This document shows, piece by piece, positions 27,404 to 34,777 of a stretch of DNA of 43,360 nucleotides. How positions within the stretch are numbered: position 1 is the stretch's first letter; each line of letters opens with the position of its first letter. A program made the translations under genes and the position numbers. The stretch is taken from NCBI GenBank assembly GCA_964372565.1, contig CAYJRH010000002.1, positions 1 to 43,360 of the forward strand. Direction: 5' to 3'. This DNA comes from an uncultured archaeon. Its GTDB lineage: Archaea > Iainarchaeota > Iainarchaeia > Iainarchaeales > Iainarchaeaceae. The notes beneath the pieces were generated by a model. It searched no databases, had not been told where the DNA came from, and worked only from the letters and a program-made list of their open reading frames with translations.

Positions 27404-28861
27404 TCACTCCAAAACCATCGGCGCGTCGCGCAGCCACTGCAAGTCATCCGAAAACAGGTGCCTTATGTCCTTGATCCCGAGCTTGAACATTGCGAGCCTG
27501 TCAATCCCTATTCCCCACGCAATTGCCTGCCCCCTAATCCCCAAATTCTCCAGAATTTCTGGCCTGAACATCCCCGCGCCGCCGAGCTCGACCCACCCGA
27601 GTTTCGGGTGCCTCGCGGAGAGCTGCACCGAAGGCTCGGTGAACGGGTAATAATCAGGAATGAATTTCACTTCTTCCGCGCCTGCGATTTCCTTTGCGAA
27701 CTGCTCCAGAATCCCCAAAAGGTGCGTGAAGTTCAATTCCTCTCCGGCAATGAACCCTTCGGCCTGGTTGAACTCTATCAGGTGCGTTGCATCCAGCACA
27801 TCAGGCCTGAAGCAGCGCGCTATCGCGAAATATTTTCCGGGCACCTGCACGCCTTTCACAAGCTGCCTCGCGCTGTGTGCCGTTCCGTGCGCGGTTGGCA
27901 TGAGCTTCTCGGCGATTTCCTCAAGCCACGTGTAGCGCCACCCGCTCGAAGCGGAAACCCCGCCTGTTTCATGCGCGGCCTTCACTGCAGCGATTTTTCC
28001 GCGGTCGGGGATTTTAGCGCGCTGCGGATTCTTCAGTTGGTATGTGTCTGTCCAGGCCCGCGCGGGGTGGTTCTGCGGCTGGAAGAGCACGTCAAAATTG
28101 TAGAATTCGTGCACCACAAGCGGCGCCTCCATCTCCACGAACCCTAATTCGGTCAGTTTCCGCCTGATGATGTTCAGGAACTGCACGTATGGCTGCTTTT
28201 TTCCGATGTGTATTTCAGGCACATGCTCGAGCACATTATACGCGCGCCGCGCGGAAAACTCCCGCATGCCAAGGGCTTCAGTGCCTTTTGCAGTGATTTT
28301 CGCGAGGCGCCCCGTATGTTCCTTATGCTCCGCGAGCCCGCGCGAAACGATTTCATCCAGCGCTGCTGGATTTGACGCCGGCCATTTCTCCGCAATCTCC
28401 CTGAGCGCCTTTTCCGCGGCGTTCTCATCGCCGATGGACGCTTTTCCCGTTTCTGTAATCATGATTTTCGGCGCCTCTTCATTCACAATTGCGATGAACG
28501 CGTTTCTCTTGTTCGTGCCGAGCGCCGCGCTGAATTCCTGCTGCGAAAGCCCCGCCTCCGCACAGGCTTCGCCGAAGCCCATTTTTTCCTTTTTCGCGAG
28601 CGCGTTCAGCAGCCTTTTTTCCGGCATGCCTCTTTCCAGAGCCTTCTTCCCTTCATCTGTGAGCGAGGGCCTTGAAGATTTTGTTTCCGAAACCTCGGCC
28701 AACCCCTTTTCCGAGAGCCACGAGAGGGCGCGCCTTACCGAATCGATGGGTATTTTTGCAGCCGGTGCGATCTCTTCCGGGCTTTTCATCCGCGTGGCAA
28801 GCGCCGCAAGCGTCTTCCTTTCGATGTCGCTCAGCGACGCGGCCGTGGCCTTGAGGTCCAT
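27404..28861 (-). CDS. pheS: phenylalanine--tRNA ligase alpha subunit (archaeal type)
   Basis: N-terminal wHTH repeats. Class II core motifs (FNFDVLFQPQNHPAR; FRPD..DATHLIEFNQAEG; GAGMFRPEIL..LG..AWGIGIDRLAM). The ATG at 28861 fits a TATA-like box about 35 nt upstream. Confidence 0.92.
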   Translation of the reverse strand: MDLKATAASLSDIERKTLAALATRMKSPEEIAPAAKIPIDSVRRALSWLSEKGLAEVSETKSSRPSLTDEGKKALERGMPEKRLLNALAKKEKMGFGEACAEAGLSQQEFSAALGTNKRNAFIAIVNEEAPKIMITETGKASIGDENAAEKALREIAEKWPASNPAALDEIVSRGLAEHKEHTGRLAKITAKGTEALGMREFSARRAYNVLEHVPEIHIGKKQPYVQFLNIIRRKLTELGFVEMEAPLVVHEFYNFDVLFQPQNHPARAWTDTYQLKNPQRAKIPDRGKIAAVKAAHETGGVSASSGWRYTWLEEIAEKLMPTAHGTAHSARQLVKGVQVPGKYFAIARCFRPDVLDATHLIEFNQAEGFIAGEELNFTHLLGILEQFAKEIAGAEEVKFIPDYYPFTEPSVQLSARHPKLGWVELGGAGMFRPEILENLGIRGQAIAWGIGIDRLAMFKLGIKDIRHLFSDDLQWLRDAPMVLE

Positions 28862-28934
28862 TCCAACACTCCAATATATTGGCATCAATAGAATTAAAAG
28901 CGTTGAACAGCCAGAATGCTTGTAAGGGTTCCCG

Positions 28935-29345
28935 ATGATTTACCTTCTCGATGCCGCGGCGCTGCTCAACAACGAGCTTTTCTCATTCGACCCGAAGCAC
29001 CGGTATTTCACCACTTCCAAGGTTTTTGCGGAATGGAGGGGCGTCCAGAGCAGGCTGCTTGCGGAAAACGCTTTTTCACACGGCATGCTTGTTGTGCAGG
29101 ACCCGTGCGGGCTCTCCACGCAGAAAGCCGCGGAAAAGTGCGAGGAATCCGGCACATTGCTCGGCGATGCGGACATCTCAATTGTTGCCCTCGCAGCCGA
29201 ATTCAAGTCAAGGAAGGAAAAATTTTTGGCAATCACAGATGATTACAGCGTCCAGAACGTCCTCAAGAAAATGGGCGTTGGCTTCATCGGCGTTTGCCAG
29301 GGCGAAATCAGGAAGCACAGGGTCTTCAAAAAGAGGAAAAAGTGA
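28935..29345 (+). CDS. PIN-domain endoribonuclease, Nob1-like, without zinc ribbon
   Basis: MIYLLDAAALLN (PIN Asp), GDADISIVALAAEF, ITDDYSVQNVLKKMGV (Nob1-type TDDY.[IV]QNV). Basic tail, no CxxC pairs. Confidence 0.65.
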   Translation: MIYLLDAAALLNNELFSFDPKHRYFTTSKVFAEWRGVQSRLLAENAFSHGMLVVQDPCGLSTQKAAEKCEESGTLLGDADISIVALAAEFKSRKEKFLAITDDYSVQNVLKKMGVGFIGVCQGEIRKHRVFKKRKK

Positions 29346-29354
29346 ATCGCGTGT

Positions 29355-30137
29355 TCATTTGCCTAGGTCAACGCTGAACTCTTCCTCGGGGCTGCGCTGC
29401 TTTATTTCGGAGTGCTCAACCAGGTAATCTTCAAGCTTTTCCCCGATTTCCTCGCGCTTCACATAAACCGCGAGGACAATAAGCAGGAGAACCGGCGCGA
29501 AAAGGTAAACGTTGGAAATCCCCTGTATGATATCCCCGCCCTTCGGCCCAAGCGGCTTCAGCACGGTGTAGGTTATATTGAGCGAATTGCTCTGTATTCC
29601 GCTCATCACGACCTCGTTCCCGAACACCTGCACCTTGCCTGGCAGGCTGCTTCGGTCAACTTCCGCATTCTGCGGGAGCCTTATGTCGATTGTGGTGTTT
29701 TCCGGTATTGCTATTGTGCCAGCGGTGTTGAATGCCGCGAGCTGCGAGTCGTCAATGGCGAAAAAATCTGCCCTCTGCTCGCTTTTCCTGAGCGTTGCAA
29801 TCCTGTTCTCGAGCCCATACTTGAGGGTCAGGTTGCGGGAATTCTCGTCAAATGTTATGGTTGACTCCGTGATTTTGTTCCTTGCAGAATCCGCGAAGTG
29901 CGGCTTGAAAAAACTGTATGTGGCCTGCCATGCGCTGAGGCTTGACGCGTTTTTCTTTGCCGCATCCTTGAAATCAGAGAACTCGAAGTCGCTTATGAAT
30001 GAAATCCCGTAGCTCTCGGTCACGGATGCAAACCCCTGTTCATCCACATTTATTATTATGTCAAGCCTTGAGACGCCGATGGCCGCGGCAGGCGCGCAGA
30101 GCACGGCAAGAAAAGCAACCAAGGCAACAATCCGCAT
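29355..30137 (-). CDS. secreted protein with C-terminal membrane anchor, hypothetical
   Basis: Signal peptide MRIVALVAFLAVLCAPAAA. C-terminal TM helix VYLFAPVLLLIVLAVYV followed by an acidic tail. Confidence 0.5.
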   Translation of the reverse strand: MRIVALVAFLAVLCAPAAAIGVSRLDIIINVDEQGFASVTESYGISFISDFEFSDFKDAAKKNASSLSAWQATYSFFKPHFADSARNKITESTITFDENSRNLTLKYGLENRIATLRKSEQRADFFAIDDSQLAAFNTAGTIAIPENTTIDIRLPQNAEVDRSSLPGKVQVFGNEVVMSGIQSNSLNITYTVLKPLGPKGGDIIQGISNVYLFAPVLLLIVLAVYVKREEIGEKLEDYLVEHSEIKQRSPEEEFSVDLGK

Positions 30138-30259
30138 GACACAATATTGGGCTTTATCAATATTAAATTGTTTCCGCTTGCCGGGGCAAACGGGCTTTTC
30201 CGCTCTTTTGCAGTTGCAAACACTTAAATACCATCCAAGGCTTTATTCTATTGGTCCCG

Positions 30260-30967
30260 ATGAAACTGCAGTACCTCTGGCATTCTTTTTTCAAAATCAC
30301 GTTTCAGGGCATCAACCTGCTTGTTGACCCTTTCATATCAATGCCGGAAGGAGACTCCACTTTCAAGGCAGTGCTGAAGTGCCCCGTGGATTCCTCGAAA
30401 GTCACCGGCATCGATGCGATATGCGTCAGCAACGAGCACTTCGACCATTTCGACAAAAAGGCCGTTGAGGAAATCGCGCTCCGCGAAAACGCGGTTGTCG
30501 TCGCGCACGAATCCGTGCTCAACGAGCTTAACCTCCCGAACGACCTAAAGCACAATGTAAAGGTTGGGGACAATTTCAACCTGCGTGGCGTGAAGATTTC
30601 AGTCCTCGGCGCGCATTACCCGAATTCCTTCTATCCCCTGAGCTTTGTTTTTTCAAAAGACGATGAATCCGTTTTCTTTGCCGGCAACACCGCGCTCATG
30701 GATTCATTTGCCGAAATAAAGAGCGACGTCGCCATCCTTCCGATAGGCGGCAGCACCACAATGGACGTGATAGACGCGGTGCGCGCGACGAAAACGATGA
30801 AGCCGAAATACGTCATCCCGATGCACTACAATTCCTTTGACACGATCCTCGCGGACCCGAACGATTTCAAACAGCGCATCGAGAAAAGCATCCTGAAGAC
30901 AATCCCCGTGATATTGAAGCCGGGGCAGATTTTCAAGACCGAGCGTGCCGGCGGGCAGCAAAGTTAA
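30260..30967 (+). CDS. metallo-beta-lactamase-fold metal-dependent hydrolase (UPF0173-like)
   Basis: MKLQYLWHSFFKITFQGINLLVDPF and SNEHFDHFD. ATG at 30260; the ORF-track start at 30251 is TTG. Confidence 0.75.
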   Translation: MKLQYLWHSFFKITFQGINLLVDPFISMPEGDSTFKAVLKCPVDSSKVTGIDAICVSNEHFDHFDKKAVEEIALRENAVVVAHESVLNELNLPNDLKHNVKVGDNFNLRGVKISVLGAHYPNSFYPLSFVFSKDDESVFFAGNTALMDSFAEIKSDVAILPIGGSTTMDVIDAVRATKTMKPKYVIPMHYNSFDTILADPNDFKQRIEKSILKTIPVILKPGQIFKTERAGGQQS

Positions 30968-31000
30968 TTTTCATTTTTGGGCCGCCAGCCCATTGTATTG

Positions 31001-31723
31001 CTACTTCGGGAACACCGCGTCTTCCATCGCGTTCGCGTCTTTCAAATCTTGCATGCTCGCAATGTCAAGGCACACATTCTCGCAGAGCACGTAATCCACG
31101 CGCTTTCCCGATGCGATGAAATCCCTTATCGAGTCAACGATTTCGTATTCGCCGCGCTGCGAGAGCTCCGTGCGCAGCACGGAATCCAGGAAGCTTTTTT
31201 CGAACCTGTACACGCCGGCATTGATTATGTTGCCGGGCTCCTTGCCCGGGTTCGGCTTTTCTATGACATCAATTATCCTGTTGCCCTTCGCTTTCAATAC
31301 CCCGAAGCGCCACGGGTCCTCAACTTTCCGCGCGAGCACAAGGCCGTTGAATTCCTCGCCTTTGTCCACGCGCAGAATCCTCCTGTAGTCCTTGGGGCTT
31401 GCGAGCACGTCCGCATTGGCAATGAGGAAAGTGTCCTTGATGAAGTCATTGACAAGGCTTACTGCGTGTGCTGTTCCGAGCTGCTCCTGCTGGACAAAGT
31501 AATTTATTGCGGCGCCGCCGAATTCCGCGCCGAAGTGGTCCTCGATTATTTCGCGCTTGTAGCCGACAATGACATTGAGTTCGGTGATGCCCGCCTCGAT
31601 GAGGTTTTCAAAAACCCTTTCGAGCAGCGGCTTGCCCTTCACTTCGACAAGGCACTTCGGAATCTTTTCCGTAATGGGCTTGAGGCGCAAGCCCCTTCCC
31701 CCCGCGAGAATCACTGCCTGCAT
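31001..31723 (-). CDS. sugar-phosphate nucleotidyltransferase (NDP-sugar pyrophosphorylase)
   Basis: MQAVILAGGRGLRLKPITEKIPKCLVEVKGKPLLE is the canonical GxGxRLxPxT motif. Confidence 0.85.
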   Translation of the reverse strand: MQAVILAGGRGLRLKPITEKIPKCLVEVKGKPLLERVFENLIEAGITELNVIVGYKREIIEDHFGAEFGGAAINYFVQQEQLGTAHAVSLVNDFIKDTFLIANADVLASPKDYRRILRVDKGEEFNGLVLARKVEDPWRFGVLKAKGNRIIDVIEKPNPGKEPGNIINAGVYRFEKSFLDSVLRTELSQRGEYEIVDSIRDFIASGKRVDYVLCENVCLDIASMQDLKDANAMEDAVFPK

Positions 31724-31833
31724 AAAGACCAAATCAATAAACGCGGCTGGAGAATAAATAATGTGCCCCCACGGGGCAACTTACACTGGCGGCGGTTTAT
31801 GGCCGAGTTGTCAGTAATTTTCCGTTCATTTTC

Positions 31834-32478
31834 CTAAAATTTATTTTTAAGATAAGGTGAAAAATACTTTCCGTATTGTTTCTGAATCGACTTTATTTTC
31901 CAATCATCTGGGTGGATAGTTTTTCTGCAGTTTTTTGATTTGCAATTGCACTCAAAGGGCGCGAATGTAGTCTGGCTGAATGCATAATCCCATGTTATCT
32001 CTTCTCCTGGGGGTATATCCCTCAGTGCAATTATTATGATTGTATCCAAAAACCCCGCATTTGGTTCGCAAGAATGATTAATAGTGGCAGTTAGGTCTAG
32101 GTCTTCCTTTGTCGGAGCCATTAAAAATTCGTCATGGACATCAAGATAAATATTGTCCACTTCAAAATGCATTATTTTGTTGTATCTTTCCACATCCTGT
32201 TTTGGCACTATTATTCCGCCAGTTACCCTGATAATTTCATTTTTCTGTATCTTATCTTTGGCGAAAACTCCTTTTGCGCAAATTGGCGATTTCCTAACTT
32301 CTGCCTTGGGGGTTAACCAACGGTGTGACCAAATGTTATGAATATCCCCCATATTGTAAGATTGGGGCTTTTTCTTTATTAAAGTTTGTTCAAAAATTTT
32401 CGTGAATTCGGGGACTTGCCATCGCGGACTCCGCCATTGCGAATATATTGTGCCCTGCGAGGGCTCAAATAGGGCCAC
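31834..32478 (-). CDS. SET-domain protein (putative protein lysine methyltransferase) with post-SET Cys cluster
   Basis: NHSCEPNAGF, EEITWDYAF, CNCKSKNCRKTI. AT-rich gene. Confidence 0.85.
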   Translation of the reverse strand: MALFEPSQGTIYSQWRSPRWQVPEFTKIFEQTLIKKKPQSYNMGDIHNIWSHRWLTPKAEVRKSPICAKGVFAKDKIQKNEIIRVTGGIIVPKQDVERYNKIMHFEVDNIYLDVHDEFLMAPTKEDLDLTATINHSCEPNAGFLDTIIIIALRDIPPGEEITWDYAFSQTTFAPFECNCKSKNCRKTIHPDDWKIKSIQKQYGKYFSPYLKNKF

Positions 32479-32493
32479 GGGGGGGCGTTCTTT

Positions 32494-32760
32494 TCATTTT
32501 TTATAGATGTTATCATGGTGGTCGTAATCGCGTATGGTGAGGGTTTTGTCTTTTTCCTTGATGTCATAAACCAATACAAAAGAACTGTAAACATGCGCGC
32601 GGCGGAGGTTTTGAAGCGGAAAATGGAGTGGCTTTCCTATTTGTGGGTTTTGCTTGAGTTGTTCGATTTTTTTGTTTACCGCCATTAATTGGGTTTTATC
32701 TTTTTTTGCGAGTTTTTTGAAAATTTTGTCCACAACTGGCAGGACGAGGATTTGATACAT
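32494..32760 (-). CDS. relE: RelE/ParE-family type II toxin
   Basis: ..KLAKKDKTQLMAVNKKIEQLKQNPQIGKPL..NLRRAHVYSSFVLVYDIKEKDKTLTIRDYDHHDNIY. Lies 2 nt downstream of the antitoxin gene. Confidence 0.8.
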   Translation of the reverse strand: MYQILVLPVVDKIFKKLAKKDKTQLMAVNKKIEQLKQNPQIGKPLHFPLQNLRRAHVYSSFVLVYDIKEKDKTLTIRDYDHHDNIYKK

Positions 32761-32762
32761 GT

Positions 32763-33020
32763 TTATTCCAGCCCGTAACGCTTGGCAAAACTGTCAACAG
32801 GAATCCCGCTCATTTTCTCGCGTTTTTTCATTTTTTTGACGAACGATTCTTTCAGTTCAAAATCCTTGTCGGAAAGCCGGACTTTGGTCAAAACCAGCTT
32901 GTTGTGGACTGTTTTCATCGCAACACCAGCGTTTTTGGTAAGCCCCAGCTCATCTCGTATTTCTTTTGGAATAACTATCTGGCCTCTTTCGGAAACCGTA
33001 GTTACAGCAACTTCACTCAT
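32763..33020 (-). CDS. AbrB/SpoVT-fold antitoxin
   Basis: MSEVAVTTVSERGQIVIPKEIRDELGL (SpoVT/AbrB swapped-hairpin signature). The internal ATG at 33020 is preferred over the ORF-track start at 33146. Confidence 0.8.
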   Translation of the reverse strand: MSEVAVTTVSERGQIVIPKEIRDELGLTKNAGVAMKTVHNKLVLTKVRLSDKDFELKESFVKKMKKREKMSGIPVDSFAKRYGLE

Positions 33021-33035
33021 TACATCACCTATTGT

Positions 33036-33054
33036 AAGTATGAAATTCATACTT
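33036..33054. promoter_or_regulatory. 19-bp perfect palindrome, putative operator of the AbrB/RelE module
   Basis: aagtatgaa-a-ttcatactt lies 16 nt upstream of the antitoxin ATG, next to an A/T-rich TATA-like run. Confidence 0.4.
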
Positions 33055-33196
33055 AAAAAACCATAGGTTTTGAAGGTGTACTTATACTTGTTGATGGGCA
33101 TAATACAATGGGCATAATATAATTTGCTTAAAGCCAATCCAATCAAGAAGTGCGGTCCAAATTTTGAGACTTCATCACAGCCTACGTTTGCGATGG

Positions 33197-33235
33197 TATA
33201 TTTTGCCCCAACCCATGGCTCAAATGAATAAATAC
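33197..33235 (+). repeat. 39-nt direct repeat, copy A (31-nt identical core gccccaacccatggctcaaatgaataaatac)
   Basis: 38/39 identical to 33769-33807. Confidence 0.9.
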
Positions 33236-33284
33236 TTAGCCCTGTTGGGGGTACTTATAGTGGTTAGGGTTGTGAATGTGAATT

Positions 33285-33710
33285 TTATCTTTGGCCATGT
33301 TTTTGTCTTTTTCCTTTAAACCGTCCAGGCGGGCTATATTCCGTTTCTGTTACACGTTCAGTTTCACCAATATTTTTTCCGGGTTTTATAACCCTTTTTT
33401 TTACCAGTTTTCCATCGGCTGTGAATATCCTATTGACAATTTTTCGTTTAGGCGCAGAATTTCCAGCGCCAGCCCAATCACTTAAACTATCTCTGGATGG
33501 ACCATAATGAGTAGAATCCCAAGTAATCGTTCCATCAGCTCTTTTAATCAATTCATTTCCAACGGCTTTTCCAGTAAGGACTGGGTCGTCTTTAAAATCC
33601 CGATGAAATTCACCTGCAAGTCTCATTTTTCTTCTGGAAAGTTGCCTTCCAGCCAATACCTTTGGGGCTCTACCTATAGCAGATAAAAATTTTCTGGCAA
33701 CGTTTTTCAT
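33285..33710 (-). CDS. highly basic hypothetical protein
   Basis: 141-aa ORF, Lys/Arg-rich, no recognisable motif. Bracketed by the 39-nt direct repeats. Confidence 0.45.
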   Translation of the reverse strand: MKNVARKFLSAIGRAPKVLAGRQLSRRKMRLAGEFHRDFKDDPVLTGKAVGNELIKRADGTITWDSTHYGPSRDSLSDWAGAGNSAPKRKIVNRIFTADGKLVKKRVIKPGKNIGETERVTETEYSPPGRFKGKRQKHGQR

Positions 33711-33768
33711 AACATATATGTAATTTTTAAGATTATTAAACTTTGTCTTTAGTCTCCGCCTATGCCGT

Positions 33769-33807
33769 TATATTTCGCCCCAACCCATGGCTCAAATGAA
33801 TAAATAC
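33769..33807 (+). repeat. 39-nt direct repeat, copy B
   Basis: See copy A. Spacing between copies is 572 bp. Confidence 0.9.
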
Positions 33808-33823
33808 GTTGCCTTGCCCCGCC

Positions 33824-34177
33824 TCACTTCGCGAGGCATATCTCGAGCGTGTCGTATTTCGCCTTGAGCAGGGTGTTCCTGCCCCTGCGGATTTTTTCCA
33901 CGAATTCGTGTTTTTCCAAGGTTGTTGCATCGCGGCTTACAGCCTCCTGCTTGCGGTTGGTGCTTGCCGAAATTTCTCCCACACTTCTTGGGTTTCTCGC
34001 ATGGCTTATTATGAGCTGCAACATTTCCAATCTTTTGGGTGATAGCATCTCATGCAGATCTTCCGCACTTTTAAAGTACACGGTGTGTGTTCCGGGCCGG
34101 TGCTTGGAAGGGTCGCGCATTATTTCCCTGATGTCTTCAATCGGGTTTCCACCGATTTTTATCCTGAGCTTCTTCAC
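33824..34177 (-). CDS. HTH DNA-binding protein of the kind paired with DUF6516 (TumA-like antitoxin / HVO_A0114-like)
   Basis: KLRIKIGG...VYFKSAEDLHEMLSPKRLEMLQLI....PRSVGEISASTNRKQEAVSRDATTLEKHEFVE....G....LKAKYDTLEI. The family pattern is recalled from memory, not searched. Confidence 0.6.
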   Translation of the reverse strand: MKKLRIKIGGNPIEDIREIMRDPSKHRPGTHTVYFKSAEDLHEMLSPKRLEMLQLIISHARNPRSVGEISASTNRKQEAVSRDATTLEKHEFVEKIRRGRNTLLKAKYDTLEICLAK

Positions 34178-34210
34178 GCAATTGCCTCATTAAACATATA
34201 ACCTTCACAG

Positions 34211-34563
34211 TTATAAATAACTTTCGGTTGGCCAGCGATTTTCCTTATAATTCAGCAGGTAGTGAACCCAGTTCCTCCTTATGTTGTCCCGGAATTCTTC
34301 AAGCGTTTCTACATTCTTTGCCTTGTCCAGGTATTCCTTTGTCGGCGGGCTGCTATAGAATCTGTGCACATTCGAAGTTTCATGCACGGAGCAGTCAAAT
34401 CTGATGATCTCGTAAGTTTTCCCTTTTATAGTATAAATCTGGGCAATCGAGAAGGCCTCCAGCGCCTTATATAGTCTTGGGTGAACACCACCCTAATCAG
34501 GATTGAATTGATTTTTTGGCTGTCAAGATACTCGATGTAAATGTATTCGTTCTCTTTCTTCAT
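34211..34563 (-). pseudogene. frameshifted DUF6516/TumE-like toxin gene
   Basis: The ATG at 34563 opens MKKENEYIYIEYLDSQKINSILIRVVFTQDYI.., which stops after 47 codons. Another frame continues ..ALEAFSIAQIYTIKGKTYEIIRFDCSVHETSNVHRFY...EEFRDNIRRNWVHYLL to the TAA at 34211-13. Total length is 353 nt, not a multiple of 3. Confidence 0.5.
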
Positions 34564-34598
34564 CCATTGACGTGGTACCTTGTGGTTTTTATTCAAAA

Positions 34599-34775
34599 GG
34601 AGGGTTCGCTGCCGGTGCCGCGTCCGAATTCCGCTTCGGAAGAACGGAGCGCCAGCCTATGGCTGGCGGTGGCTACGCCACTCCGAATTCCGCTTCGGAA
34701 GAACGGATGCCCATGCTTTGCATGGGCTGTGCTCGCTCCGCTCGCCAAGTCCAGATTTTTCGGACAGTGCGCGAG
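34599..34775. other. GC-rich structured element: GCCGGTGC-motif copy followed by five contiguous perfect hairpins and a T-tract hairpin (candidate ncRNA or REP-like palindrome cluster)
   Basis: 26-nt palindromic unit tccgaattccgcttcggaagaacgga at 34623-34648 and 34682-34707. 8-bp hairpin at 34650-34668. 5-bp hairpin at 34669-34681. 8-bp hairpin at 34709-34727. ctcgc..gtcc-agatttttc-ggac..gcgag at 34741-34775. Confidence 0.4.
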
Positions 34776-34777
34776 AT

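Noticed and set aside
28167-28925. 252-aa plus-strand ORF
   Set aside because: It is antisense to pheS. It is Ser/Ala/Phe-rich with no motifs.
30977-31837. 286-aa plus-strand ORF
   Set aside because: It is completely antisense to the sugar nucleotidyltransferase gene, which carries an unambiguous GGxGxRL motif. It is a composition artefact.
34623-34707. Possible mini-CRISPR (two 26-nt palindromic repeats separated by a 33-nt 'spacer')
   Set aside because: There are only two repeats. The 'spacer' itself consists of two perfect hairpins. No leader or cas genes are in the window, and further hairpins continue the pattern. This is better described as a structured RNA or REP-like cluster.
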